Positions 1-12,700 of a DNA stretch of 64,000 nucleotides are shown here, piece by piece. The notes under the pieces were generated by a model. That model was not told the origin of the DNA, did no database searches, and saw only the letters and a program-made list of their open reading frames with translations. Both the position numbers and the translations under genes were made by a program. Numbering within the stretch: the stretch's first letter is position 1; every line of letters begins with the position of its first letter. Origin of the DNA: Nemertoderma westbladi (Eukaryota > Animalia > Xenacoelomorpha). The DNA is taken from assembly GCA_032718475.1 (NCBI GenBank), contig JAUCBJ010001059.1:1-64000 (forward strand), written 5' to 3'.

Positions 1-3000
1 TGACACAAGTTGGGGGCCTCCATCTGGGTGGAGCACCGTAGGCACCGCGGTGGCGAGGAACAGCTTACGGAGGCAGTCGATAATGGCGACCGAGGTGGTG
101 TCGGAGTTTAGCCGATATAATGTCGGCCACCCAGTGAACTCGTCGGTGGCGGCCATGTAGTTTTTGGCGTCGACCTGGAAGAGGTCGATGTGGGTCCGTT
201 GGAACGGACGGGTCGCTTCCGGGTTGCGCTGGAGGGGCTCGGGTGCGTGGGAGGGGAGGACTGCCTGACACGGTTGGCACCGCTCCACCGCCTGTGTAAT
301 GTCGTGGGCGATGGAGGGCCACCAGACAGACCTGTTAGCGCGTTCTCGCGTCTTGTTAAGGCCCTGGTGGGCTGCGTGGAGTTGCAGCAGGGTCTCGTGT
401 CGCAGTTCCACGGGGATGTATAGTTGGGGCCCGCGGAGGATGAGGCCATTGTGGGCCATCAGGTCAGCGCGGTGAGCGAAGTAAGGTCTGAGTTGGTCGT
501 CGGTAATCTGGTGTTTGGAGGTTGGCCAGCCCTCGTCGATGGTGGTGAGCAGGGCGCGGTAGACGGGGTCTAGCTGGCCGACCTGGCGGACCTGTTCGAG
601 ACGGGCGTCCCGGGATTCGACGGGTTGTATTTCTCCCGCAGCCGCGTTGACGATGAACTCCCGGTCGGCGTCGTCCTCCGGGGTGAGTAGTAGGTCGGAG
701 GGCTCCGGTGCGTGGCGGGGGGCGCGGGAGAACGCGTCAGCCACGAGGTGCTTGGTGCCGCGTTGGTGCCGAGCGGTGAAATTAAACCGCGCCAAGGCGG
801 TCTTCAGTTTCAGCAGGCGGTCGTTGGTGACCTGGTCGAGGCTGCGATCGTTCAGTACAGGAATCAACGGACTGCTGTCGGTCACCAGTTCGAAGTGCCG
901 CAGTCCGTCGAGGAAATAGCGGCACTTGTGGGCCGCCCACGCAGCGCCGAGGGCCTCCAGTTCGGCCATACCGGACCAGTTGGCCTCGTGTTTGGCGAGG
1001 GTACGGGAGCCGCACTGGACGGTGAGCCAACGGTTGGAGTCGGGGTCGCGCTGTCGGAGAAGGAAACCGAGTCCGTGGAGCCGGGAGGCGTCGGTGAGGA
1101 GTTCCGTCCGTCGGTCGGGGTGGAACCCAGACAGGTAGTGGGGGCTGGACAGGGCGGACCGAGTCGCCTCGAACGCCTGGTTGTGTTGGGGCAGCCACAA
1201 CCAGCTGTTATAGTTAGAGTTCAGGCTCCGGAGGGGTTCGATTAGTTGGGTTATCTCGGCTGTGGAGTTTCCCAGCTGCTGGGCGAGGCCGAGGAACGAT
1301 CGGAGTTCCTTCCGGCAGGTTGGGGTCGGGAAGTTCCGTAGGTCGTCCGTGAGTTCCGGGTCGATCCGGAATCGGCCGTGGGAGACGATGTAGCCGCCGA
1401 ACTTGACCTCCGGAAGGCAGAACTGAACCTTCCTCGGGTTGATGGAGATGTCGGCGGTGTCGCAGGCGGCGAGAACTCTCGCCACTGCCTCCGGATGCTC
1501 CTCTATGGTGTCGGTATAGATGAGGATATCCTCGACGATCCGGCCGATGTTGGGGACGCCCTGGAGGGCCTTGGCCATCCGGGCGTTGAAGACGTCCGAA
1601 CTGCCGTGCCACCCCATGGGCATTCGGCGGTACCGGAACCGTCCCCGCGGAGTGGCGAACGTGGTGAGCTCCCGGCTGTTCCGATCGAGGCCGACCTGGT
1701 GGAACCCCTTGAGTCCATCGACGACGGAGAAGTAGCGGGCCGATGTGGGGACGCGGGAGACGACCTGGAACGGGTCCGGGGAAAAGTAGGCGGGTCGGAC
1801 GGTGTGGCGGTTCAACTCCCGGAGGTCGACAGTAATCCGGACGGAGTTGGGGTCGCTCTTCTTCCTAGTAACGACCATGGGGCTGAGCCACGCGCTGGGA
1901 CTGTTGGCATCGTCCGCGGGCTCGAGGATCCCCATGGCAACCTGGTCGCTGAGCTCCCTGTCGAATGCCTCCTCCAGGTTGGCCGGTATGGGGCGGTTGG
2001 AGTACCGGAACGATGGTTTGGCGTCCGGGAGCAGTTTTATGGTTATATCCCCCCCGGCCATAACCCTACAGTTCCCAGAGAGGGGGCGGGGGTACCGGGT
2101 AACCAGGGTTTCCCAGGTCTGGGTCGCGTTGGGTGGCAGTGTCGGCGATGGTGTCGGTGTTGGTGGGGTTGGCGGTGGTTGTGCTGGTGGCGTGGTCGGT
2201 GGCGTGGGCGGTGGCGCGGCCAGTAGCTGGTTCGCACATTGCCTAGTGAGGGCGTCGGGTGGCCCCCGCCCACCCCGGAGGATGGGGCTCCACAGGATCC
2301 CGAGGGTGAAGCAGGTCTTCCTGGACAGCAGTGGTTGGTGGAGGCCGTCCAGGACCCAGACATCCGTGGTGCAGGCAGTGTGCAATGCATGGCACTGGAT
2401 GGTGGCGCCGAATACTCCCTTAAAAACCCAACCCGCTCGACTACCGTTGGCGAGTTTAGGTGGTTGGGGCGGCGGGTTGGAGTTCCGGAGGTTCTCGACT
2501 TTCCCCCCGAAGGCTGAGTAGATCCGGAAGGGAATCGCCGTAATGTTGGCACCGGAATCTGGGAGGAACTGGAGTTCGGTGATTCCGAAACTGGGGTTCT
2601 TAGTGACCTGGAATCCCAGTGTCACCGTCTCGAGGGACTCCAACTGTTCAATGGAGGAGACGGTGGGGGCGTCGTAAAGTTCGGGACCGGCGAGGATCGA
2701 CCAGATCTCGGCGGCGTTGGTCGACCGATCGTCGTCGTAATCGGTGGCGGGCCCGTCGGCTGCGTTGGTCTGGGGGCGGCGGGGGCACATCCGATTGTAG
2801 TGCCCGACTGTGTTGCAGTGGCGACAGCGGGCATCGGCGCCGGGGCAACGGGCTCCCGCGTTGTGTGGGGGGAACCCGCACTGCGGGCAGCGGGTGGGTG
2901 GTTGATCGCGGCGGGGCCTGGGCCGGCGGCTGCGTTGCGCCGTCGCTCTGGCAGCCGAGGGCGCCGTGGGAGCGGTTGCGGGGGCCCCGCTCCACGACAT

Positions 3001-3645
3001 GGAGGCGGCGTCCTTGCGGGCAGTCCAGACAGTCTGCGCGAGGCGGAGGGCATCCGTGATGTAGCTGTCTGGAGGCAGGCGGAGGAGCTGCTCGGTCACC
3101 TCTTTGTCGCCGAAGCCCGCGATGAATTGATCGAGGAGCCGATCGTTGGCGTGGGCCGCCGCGGTGGGGAGCGCCTCGAACTCACACTTGGTGGCGATGT
3201 CCCGGAGGTGGACCAGGAACGTCTCCGGTGTTTCCTCTGGGAGGCGGGAACGCCGGGCGAGTTCCTGTCGGTGGACCCGTTTGTTAGTCCCTCCGTGGAC
3301 GTGGGTACCGAGTGTCGCGATGACGAGGGACGCATCCGAGTTGTCGACAGTGGAGAGCCCAAGTCCCCTTACCACGGCGTTCGTACTGCGGGAGAACGCG
3401 GATGTGAGGGCGGCTCGACGCTGTCTGTTGGTGGCCCGGAGGAGGTCGGCCGAGACGGCCGGGTCCGGAGGGTCCGTGGGGTCGATGGTCCGCAGGTTCT
3501 CGAGGCCCGACGTCACCAGGAACGCTTCCCACTCCTCGATCCACAGGTCCCACGTCGAACGTTCGCAGTCGATGTCGAACGGAGGGGCTGCGCTGCGGAG
3601 TACGAAGGAGCGGGGGTCACGGGGGTCGGTTGAGTTGTGCGCCAT
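1..3645 (-). CDS. Gag-Pol polyprotein (Gag, 2 zinc knuckles, protease, RT, RNase H, integrase), partial
   Basis: Hand translation from ATG at 3645 (MAHNSTDPRDP...). Same frame at every point checked: CPQCGFPPHNAGARC...CRHCNTVGHYNRMC (~2890-2785), protease FLPDSGA (~2560), RT GRIVEDILIY (~1545-1516), integrase RPFQRTHIDLF...DEFTGWP (~210-125) and DGGPQ (~24-10). The track lists no ORF in this frame, consistent with no stop before the window edge. Confidence 0.92.
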   Translation of the reverse strand, partial: MAHNSTDPRDPRSFVLRSAAPPFDIDCERSTWDLWIEEWEAFLVTSGLENLRTIDPTDPPDPAVSADLLRATNRQRRAALTSAFSRSTNAVVRGLGLSTVDNSDASLVIATLGTHVHGGTNKRVHRQELARRSRLPEETPETFLVHLRDIATKCEFEALPTAAAHANDRLLDQFIAGFGDKEVTEQLLRLPPDSYITDALRLAQTVWTARKDAASMSWSGAPATAPTAPSAARATAQRSRRPRPRRDQPPTRCPQCGFPPHNAGARCPGADARCRHCNTVGHYNRMCPRRPQTNAADGPATDYDDDRSTNAAEIWSILAGPELYDAPTVSSIEQLESLETVTLGFQVTKNPSFGITELQFLPDSGANITAIPFRIYSAFGGKVENLRNSNPPPQPPKLANGSRAGWVFKGVFGATIQCHALHTACTTDVWVLDGLHQPLLSRKTCFTLGILWSPILRGGRGPPDALTRQCANQLLAAPPPTPPTTPPAQPPPTPPTPTPSPTLPPNATQTWETLVTRYPRPLSGNCRVMAGGDITIKLLPDAKPSFRYSNRPIPANLEEAFDRELSDQVAMGILEPADDANSPSAWLSPMVVTRKKSDPNSVRITVDLRELNRHTVRPAYFSPDPFQVVSRVPTSARYFSVVDGLKGFHQVGLDRNSRELTTFATPRGRFRYRRMPMGWHGSSDVFNARMAKALQGVPNIGRIVEDILIYTDTIEEHPEAVARVLAACDTADISINPRKVQFCLPEVKFGGYIVSHGRFRIDPELTDDLRNFPTPTCRKELRSFLGLAQQLGNSTAEITQLIEPLRSLNSNYNSWLWLPQHNQAFEATRSALSSPHYLSGFHPDRRTELLTDASRLHGLGFLLRQRDPDSNRWLTVQCGSRTLAKHEANWSGMAELEALGAAWAAHKCRYFLDGLRHFELVTDSSPLIPVLNDRSLDQVTNDRLLKLKTALARFNFTARHQRGTKHLVADAFSRAPRHAPEPSDLLLTPEDDADREFIVNAAAGEIQPVESRDARLEQVRQVGQLDPVYRALLTTIDEGWPTSKHQITDDQLRPYFAHRADLMAHNGLILRGPQLYIPVELRHETLLQLHAAHQGLNKTRERANRSVWWPSIAHDITQAVERCQPCQAVLPSHAPEPLQRNPEATRPFQRTHIDLFQVDAKNYMAATDEFTGWPTLYRLNSDTTSVAIIDCLRKLFLATAVPTVLHPDGGPQLVS

Positions 3646-3828
3646 AGTATTAATGTAGGCCTATTACTTTATTAACAGCAGACAGGCAGACAGAACCTAA
3701 TGTGCGGGTATGGCTGGCCTGGGCCCGAGGGCCTGGCGGTCTAGCAGAGTATACTGGTAGCGTGGTAGGTGGTAGCAGTAGGCTGGTACAGCAATACAGT
3801 TGTAGGTTCGAAAATCATAACTGCGCCA

Positions 3829-3902
3829 TGACTGATATATATAATATATATATATAATAAGACATGCAGACTTCACGGGGGAGAGCCATGCACTATACTA
3901 CA
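3829..3902 (-). repeat. Candidate very short (~74 bp) 5' LTR
   Basis: Starts TG and ends CA on - strand, immediately followed by the PBS. The outer boundary cannot be confirmed because the partner LTR is outside the window. Confidence 0.55.
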
Positions 3903-3904
3903 CA

Positions 3905-4790
3905 GAGACCCCCGATTTTTTTTTACGAATCGACTTCTATGATGAAGGGGCAACTTTTGAGCATTTCGAAATTTTCAAAAAGCGATTTGATCAGGCCGCG
4001 ATCAGAAAAGATCGTGTTTTCGGTTTTATTTTGAAGACCAAGTCCTGGGAGTTCACCGTATGGAAAAACTTAACATCACAAAAAGATTCCTCGCCCTCGA
4101 ATTATGGGGGGTAGCCAAAATTTGGGCATAAAAAAGTTCAAGTCTAGTGGGTCAAAACTCAAGATCACGATCGCGAAAAGATCAGTATATTTAAAATCGA
4201 ATCTAAGCATTTTTCTAATAAACATTCATTGTAAGAAATGTGCAATGGTCTATTCTGAGTTGATTAAAAAAAAATTGGCTCGATCGGGCAACCAGTTCTC
4301 GAGATCAGCTTCCTGATCATAAAAGATCGTGTTTTTCAGTTTTTCCCGATTTTCTCTAAAACTTTGTTTGAGATCCCTGATTTTTTTTTACTAATCGACT
4401 TCTATTAAGAAGGGGCAACTTTTGAGCATTTCAAAATTTTCAAAAAGCGATTTGATCAGGCCATGATCAGGAAAGATCATGTTTTCGGTTTTATTTCGAA
4501 GACCAAGTCCTGTGAGTTCACCGTATGAAAAAACTTAACATTACAAAAAGATTCCTCACCCTCGAATTAGGGGGGGTAGCCAAAATTTGACCATAAAAAA
4601 GTTCAATTCTAGGGGGTCAAAAGATCATGATCGCGAAATGATCAGTTTTTTCGAAATTACTTCTGAGCATTTTGGGGCAAAACTTTCAAACTAAAAAACA
4701 TTCACTGGAGTGTTCTAAGTAGATTAAAAAAAAATTCGACTCAATAGGCCTACCGGTACCGGAGATATGGTCGTCCAAAGTCTGCTTCCG
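3905..4790. repeat. Diverged tandem duplication, period ~465 bp, probably inside a non-autonomous DNA element
   Basis: aatcgacttctat...aggggcaacttttgagcattt...gaccaagtcctg...gggtagccaaaatttg occurs from ~3910 and again from ~4375. Confidence 0.75.
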
Positions 4791-5199
4791 GTAATTCGAA
4801 AATATTTCGAAAACCCTTGATCGAATTTTTTCCTTGAAAATATCGATGGCACCTTGACGAACAGTCGTATGTCATGTTTTGATGATTTTGAGAAAATGGC
4901 GTTTGAAAATTTTTAGTTTTTTAATTATGCATAACTTGCAATCAACTTTATAAAACCGCTTCATATTTCATTGTAACAACAATTTTGATGAGGGCTTTCA
5001 GAAAAAAATGTAATTTTTTTATTTGAAGAGTATGACGTCATTTAATGACGTCATATTTGAAATACGCCGTTTCGTCAAAAAAATATCAAGGGCTTTTGCC
5101 AAAATAAGCTAACTATATTTTTACATATAGCATAAGCCCGGTTCACAATGGAGCAATAAGGTCCTCCATTGTAATTCTGAATATAATTAATTATAGTTT

Positions 5200-6620
5200 T
5201 GCTAACTACTACTCTACTAGGTCGAGCGAACTCGGACAGTGGAAATGAGATCCTTCCAGGCTTCCCGATTCTCCATAGTTGTCGCAATCTCGTTTCTCCC
5301 AAGTTCAGTATCCCTTTCAAGTTGATCTATATATGTTATGGCCGGTCGTCCACGACTACGCTTTCCATGAGTTGGTTGCCAGAAAAGTAGATCTGGTATG
5401 ACCTCGTCTTTACTTCACCAGCAGTGCCCACTGAATCGTAATCTGCGTTCACGGAGGGTGGTTGATACAGGTGGTATTGTACCATAAAGCTCGGCGTTTG
5501 TCATGTGTTGTCTCCAGCTGATGTTTAGGGCTGCCCTTAGTAGTCTTGTGTAGCAACCATCAATTCGTTGTTCAAGTGATTTAGTCAGTGTCCAGGTCTC
5601 ACCCCCGTATAAAAATACACTTTCCACTGTGGCTCGAAAGAACTTAGTCTTCAGGTGCCTGGAGAGATCTGATTTCTAGATGGTATCAATTATTGATAGA
5701 GCTACCCAAGCCTTTGCTTTCCTAACTTCTATGTCCTTTTTGCTACTCTCTATCCATGATCCAAGGTACTGGAAGTCATCGACCTTCCTTAGTTGATTAT
5801 TATCAATGGTTGTCAAGTTTCCATCAACATTGAAGGTCATGAATTCGGTCTTGGTAGCATTTATATGCAATCCAACCTCCTTAGCAGCCCTCTCCACTTT
5901 ATTTAGTAGAAGCTGTGCATCTGCTAGGGTATTAGAGAGCAGGGCGATGTCATCCGCAAAGTCGGTGTCTGTGACTGTAGTTGCCGGATATCTACTACTT
6001 CTGCGTTCTTGAAGTGTGAATCCCAGGTCTTCACCCTTTGTGGCCGTCCTCATTGCGTAATCCAGCACAATTACAAATAGTAATGGTGCTGATGTATCAC
6101 CTTGCAGTACCCCAGCCAGGATTGAGAAAAACTCAGTTTCACAATCTGGTGAGAGTACCTGCGCTTCTGTGTCACAATATAACAATCCAATGCCAGCAAC
6201 AATTACTTCTGGTATTCCATAAGCTCTTAGGATTTCATTCATTTTGCCTCTATGGATGGAGTCGAATGCCTTCTTGAAGTCCACAAAAGTCATGACTGCG
6301 GGGAGATTCTTTGACTTAATTCCTTCAATCAGTCTCCGTAGTGCAAGTATCTGAGCTATTGTTGATCTACTTGGTCGAAATCCGTTTTGGCTCTTACGCA
6401 GTAGTTTCTCTATGTGAGGCCTAATCCTATATAGAATCATTTTATTGTATATTTTGGCAGCTACCACAAGCAGACAGATCCCACGATAGTTTGTTGGTAT
6501 ACCGAGGTCTCCTTTCTTGGGGAGAGGCTTTAGTTTACCTTTAGTCCAAATTGGTGGTGGCTTTTCCCCTTTTAACATCCGGTTGCAAACATTCAATAAT
6601 GGTCTGTTTAGCACTCCTGT
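5200..6620 (-). mobile_element. 5'-truncated RTE/RTEX-type non-LTR retrotransposon, RT pseudogene
   Basis: PKKGDL...NYRGICLL, QNGFR, FVDFKKAFDS, GVLQGD, FADDIALL, FQYLGS. One frame with in-frame stops at 5676 (TAG) and 5415 (TGA), ending at ~5217 directly in a (TAG)-like tail. Confidence 0.92.
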
Positions 6621-8849
6621 TTTCCTACCGGAGGGTCTACATGGAGTCCGCCATCAGTTCATCATTTGTATACATAAGCAAGCACACATAAACAAGCGCG
6701 AAATCGCTAAAAAAATAATTTTTTCACTAAACTTTTATAAAACTAAAACCCAACTGGAAATTAACAACAAGAACACCATAACACCGACAACGGATAAAAT
6801 TTACTTCAATTTCAGCTATAGCTAAAGCATATTCTTCAGCTCCACGATTGGCTACTGGAAAGTATGATGACCTCGTTTCGCTCTGTACTGGTAATACACC
6901 AGTAATACCCGCCATGTATTCGCAATTTTATCTTCCCCTTCCACATCCACATCAGTAATTCATCAAACATATTGGAAAACTTAACAACAAGTACTCATAC
7001 TAATCTTATGCATGTCTTATGAATGTCAGTTAAGACTGGTTATTCTAATCAACACAACAATAATCGAAAGAGAAGTTTACAGGTTACAGTTTAATTTTTG
7101 CTTCTAATAAGCTGTTATTTCCATCGATTTTCCCCTGGAGAGTTAAATGTTGATCTTCTGGGGGGATAGAGAAAAGTGTTGTATAATGAGAGTATTTAAC
7201 ATTGGAAGTAAGTGTGGCATCATCTCTGCCAAGATTAACATATTTATATGTTAACACATTATATTAACAGCCAAGAGAGCGAGAGTGGAGCCTTTGGATT
7301 CACGTTCAACAATAACTTTATTACTTTACAATATGAACACAGTGTTGTACCTACCCACTTGCATAAATAAATGTGTCATAAATTTTCTGTCAAGTTCAAC
7401 TCTACTCTCATTGTTTTGGGCAAATTAGTTAATATTGCATAATGAAATATAAATAAAACATCAATATAACAATATTAGTAAGGTTTCTTACATTTTAGTT
7501 CATATTTTTATAAACATTAATAGGTCGTATTACAAGATAATCATTGGCTAACCTTTTGACGAACAGACGTTTTGGAAAATTTTTCTTATACGACCTTTCG
7601 TCAAATTAAAATTGTTTAGAAATACCATATAAGGCCGTTTGCTTTTTACTGTATAGAGTTTAATACTGAAGATATGAATACGACCTTTTGTCAAAACATA
7701 GTTCCACCTTTTATGAACTCAAATACCCAATAAAGTCAAAATCGCAAAAGTTGCCAATACGACTGTTCGTCAAGATGCCATCGATATGTGAATGTACAGT
7801 TAGTGGACCCGCATCTAACGATATATCACAATCCATATTTCGGATGACAGGTACCGGTGAAATCAGACTTTACCAAAAAAATTCAAATTTTAGCTACTCA
7901 TGTCTGACTATCTCGAAAACTATAATAGGTATGGAAATACTTTCACTGCAAGAAATGTTCGCCTATCCAATGCGCTTCTAACTCTGTGCTCGGATTTTGC
8001 ATAGTGTCAAAACCTACAACTTAACCCCCCCAGCGGAGGGAACGGAGTGACCGGAGCGCCAGTACTATCTTTCATTATTATGAAGTAATAAGGGCGGTGG
8101 GTGGGGTAGGTGGTGAACACTATTTATAGGGTGGAAGGAGGGTCTAGTATATTACTTTAGGATATTTGATTTCTTTGCAATATAGTTTAGCTGCCTCAGT
8201 CTTATTTGTAATATGTTATACATTATACCAAATTATATCAAGTTTTAACATACTACATTGTCTACCTGTAGGAGAAATATACAATGTAGGGCTCATAATA
8301 TATTTATAAATAGATTTAGTATATTTACATTGTATAACAGAGTTAATTGATACTATTACGGTATTATACTAAAGACGCCGCTTTGATATATCTGATCAAA
8401 TGGCAATTTCTTGTATATTATCTATTTCACTATCTTGGGTATATCATTCAATTTCTAAAACTATAATAATAAACATTTACTTCACTTCTTGTTTACTCGC
8501 ATGGATATATTGATATAAAACACTTCAGTATAATATCTTATAGGGCCAAACACAGATTAATCGGAATAATATGTTTAATTATTATTACAATTGGCACATT
8601 GATGTAAGTAGTACATGAGTTTGATAAAATAATTATGAATCTGTATCTTATTCTACTTTGTCTATATGATTATGTTATATAATAATGTTACTTTATCACT
8701 TTGGTTTAAACCGATCTCCTTTACTATTACTTACTACTTATACTACTACTACTACTACTACTATTACTACTGACTACTACAGAGTTATATATTATAAGAG
8801 GATGGGGTTCGTGATTATTAGTTATTATACAAGTGCCCCTCGGCTATAG

Positions 8850-9284
8850 AGAGTCCACCCTCGGTTGCTTACTGGATGGTACATTCACAAGAATGCTACG
8901 CCGGGTTCATTGTGTCAAGTACAATGCACACATCTCCAACCAGACACTATATAACATTGGAGGTGTCTCATTGGTTCCCCCAAGCTTGACACTAGAACAA
9001 AATCGCCTCCGCTTTGCAGGACAGCAGGACATTGCTTTCGCCGTGAGGACCAGCCAGTGCATAATCTTGTACTTTGGCAGCCTCATGGGGTGAATAAGCA
9101 TGGTGGACAGCCCATGACTTTCTTGAGACGCATCTTAAAGGACACTGGCCTTAAAGATGCGGATGATCTAGCAAATGTCATGGGTGATAGGGAGTTGTGG
9201 CGGTGCAATTTTGTTGACAAGCCGGCACAGCATTCTTAAAAATGCAGCTGCAATGCAGCATGCCGATCCTAGTAGTAGTAGTAG
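8850..9284 (+). mobile_element. 3' fragment of an RTE/RTEX-type LINE with (TAG)n tail
   Basis: LDGTFTRMLRRV...RLRFAG / VLWQPHG...DTGL...MGDRELWR, similar to the C-terminus of the 5200-6620 copy, with a frameshift. tagtagtagtagtag at ~9270-9284. Confidence 0.8.
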
Positions 9285-9782
9285 TGTTTCTTCCATGACA
9301 ATGTTGATTTCGAATTGGATTGAAAATGATAATATTACAACTTATTTCTCAAAATATATTGCTAACTATATATATGCCGGTAACAACATACTTAAATAAA
9401 TGTGAATGACAATATTATATTATTACTTTTATATCACAAATATCCTCTTAATAATTATTCTAGTTAATAAAACAAAAGATAAATTTTACCACTAAAATTA
9501 CCAGTTAATAGTTCTAACAATAATTAATTATTTGCACTAATATTACAGAACAAAGCACATAAGAACTGAAATATATTCTATACAATATGAATTACAATCC
9601 CGTAGGTGGGTGATGTGAATTCCCTTTTAAGCGGATTGGGAAGGAATAATCCAATATAACACGAGCCTCTCCTTACACTTTATGGATTACGGGTTCTCCA
9701 TTTGTTCAGCAACGATAACATTTCGTTTCAGCTGACTATTTCCGATAAATTATACAGATATTGTGGAATTAAGGAATTTCAA

Positions 9783-12700
9783 TCAATTAATATAAGTTTC
9801 TCGAATCTCCCCTATTATGTGATTCGCTTCTTGAAGACAGGCCAACATCTGGCTCGCTTCGGTTCGTCTGTTAGCTATGTCTACGGATTCCTGCAGTACT
9901 GTTTTACAATCATCGCTATTTTTATAAAGTTTCTGTACCAGTTCGCTATATAGAGAAGAACATGTGTAGTTAACCAGGAAGTGCATTATCGACTTGGGCA
10001 CGGAATCCTGAATCCCTTTTCGAATAATGTTGAAATAGGATTCTATTAATTTTCCTAAAAAACATAAAATTCAATGAAATAGAACAATTTTTAAATGATT
10101 TTCTACTTTAGTACATAATTCCACTATGATTTGTTATATTTAATAAAATATGGATCAACCAGCTGATTTTATCATTTTACATCTATTGTATTAATTAAAA
10201 AAAAGTTAATCTCTCTTATAAACAGTGTAAAATAAAGTCACTTTATCGCATTGCTTTTTAAGAACTCAACAGGGTTACTGTTGGGCCAAGCCAAGTTAAA
10301 TCTGAAGAGTTTTCTAAAATATAATTTTTAGGATTTTGATCGTCTCATTGATTTAGTAATTTTCTCGTTCCGAAAATGTGTTCTCCCCTATAAAGACATT
10401 TTACCTTAACACCATGCCATGCCAGTTTATATGAGGGGGTTTTATTAAGCAAAGTAGCACAGACAATCAATTAGTTAATAACTATTACTGTAAATGAACA
10501 GGATCTACTGTGTACAAGTGTGAGGGAACTGATGGATAATAACTTACGGATAACGTTGACTTCCATGAGTTCTCTGTCTGTTTGCTCGCGACCAAACATA
10601 TTAATGGTGGACCCGACTTGTGGAAGGAGATTAACTTGCGCGTGTAGAGGGTTCGCGGAGGGACTAGCCGGCACGGGTACAGTCTGCTTCGGGGCCTACA
10701 GAATGGATATTGTTGTATAGTAACGAGATAGGGTACATCAACAAAACAATACAGCTGATTAGTAGAAACTGTCTCGCGAGTGACTCATACGAACCTCGCC
10801 CCCGCCTGTTGAAATGGCTCGCGAGTGACTCATACTAACCTCGCCCCCGCCTGTTGAACTGGCTCGCGAGCGAGTGACTCACACTAACCTCGCCCCCGCC
10901 TGTTGAAATGGCTCGCGAGTGACTCATACTAACCTCGCCCCCGCCTGTTGAACTGGCTCGCGAGCGAGTGACTCATACTAACCTCGCCCCCGCCTGTTGA
11001 ACTAGCTCGCGAGTGAGTCATACTAACCTCGCCCCCGCCTGTTGAACTGGCTCGCGAATGACTCATACTAACCTCGCCCCCGCCTGTTGAACTGGCTCGC
11101 GAATGACTCATACTAACCTCGCCCCCGCCTGTTGAACTGGCTCGCGAGTGACTCATACTAACCTCGCCCCCGCCTGTTGAACTGGCTCGCGAGTGAGTCA
11201 TACTAACCTCGCCCCCGCCTGTTGAACTGGCTCGCGAATGACTCATACTAACCTCGCCCCCGCCTGTTGAACTGGCTCGCGAGTGACTCATACTAACCTC
11301 GCCCCCGCCTGTTGAACTGGCTCGCGAATGACTCATACTAACCTCGCCCCCGCCTGTTGAACTGGCTCGCGAGTGAGTCATACTAACCTCGCCCCCGCCT
11401 GTTGAACTGGCTCGCGAATGACTCATACTATCCTCGCCCCCGCCTGTTGAACTGGCTCGCGAGTGAGTCATACTAACCTCGCCCCCGCCTGTTGAACTGG
11501 CTCGCGAATGACTCATACTAACCTCGCCCCCGCCTGTTGAACTGGCTCGCGAGTGACTCATACTAACCTCGCCCCCGCCTGTTGAACTGGCTCGCGAGTG
11601 ACTCATACTAACCTCGCCCCCGCCTGTTGAACTGGCTCGCGAGTGAGTCATACTAACCTCGCCCCCGCCTGTTGAACTGGCTCGCGAATGACTCATACTA
11701 ACCTCGCCCCCGCCTGTTGAACTGGCTCGAGAGCGAGTGACTCATACTAACCTCGCCCCCGCCTGTTGAACTGGCTCGCGAGTGACTCATACTAACCTCG
11801 CCCCCGCCTGTTGAACTGGCTCGCGAGTGACTCATACTAACCTCGCCCCCGCCTGTTGAACTGGCTCGCGAATGAATCATACTAACCTCGCCCCCGCCTG
11901 TTGAACTGGCTCGCGAGTGAGTCATACTAACCTCGCCCCCGCCTGTTGAACTGGCTCGCGAATGACTCATACTAACCTCGCCCCCGCCTGTTGAACTGGC
12001 TCGCGAATGACTCATACTAACCTCGCCCCCGCCTGTTGAACTGGCTCGCGAATGACTCATACTAACCTCGCCCCCGCCTGTTGAACTGGCTCGCGAGTGA
12101 CTCATACTAACCTCGCCCCCGCCTGTTGAACTAGCTCGCGAGTGAGTCATACTAACCTCGCCCCGCCTGTTGAACTAGCTCGCGAGTGAGTCATACTAAC
12201 CTCGCCCCCGCCTGTTTAACTGGCTCGCGAGTGACTCATACTAACCTCGCCCCCGCCTGTTGAACTGGCTCGCGAGTGACTCATACTAACCTCGCCACCG
12301 CCTGTTGAACTGGCTCGCGAGTGACTCATACTAACCTCGCCCCCGCCTGTTGAACTGGCTCGCGAGTGACTCATACTAACCTCGCCCCCGCCTGTTGAAC
12401 TGGCTCGCGAGTGACTCATACCAACCTCGCCCCGCCTGTTGAACTAGCTCGCGAGTGAGTCATACTAACCTCGCCCCCGCCTGTTGAACTGGCTCGCTAG
12501 TGACTCATACTAACCTCGCCCCCGCCTGTTGAACTGGCTCGCGAGTGACTCATACTAACCTCGCCCCCGCCTGTTGAACTAGCTCGCGAGTGACTCATAC
12601 TAACCTCGCCCCCGCCTGTTGAACTGGCTCGCGAGTGACTCATACTAACCTCGCCCCCGCCTGTTGAACTAGCTCGCGAGTGACTCATACTAACCTCGCC

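Larger units (their letters stand above)
1..3902 (-). mobile_element. Ty3/Gypsy LTR retrotransposon (Mag-like), 5' part; 3' end lies beyond the left edge
   Basis: On - strand: short TG...CA 5' LTR candidate (3902-3829), PBS TGGCGCAGTT (3828-3819), then a gag-pol frame from 3645. Markedly GC-rich against the AT-rich flank. Confidence 0.93.

Noticed and set aside
65-3658. Many short ORFs on both strands
   Set aside because: Shadow frames of the GC-rich gag-pol, whose real frame is absent from the track.
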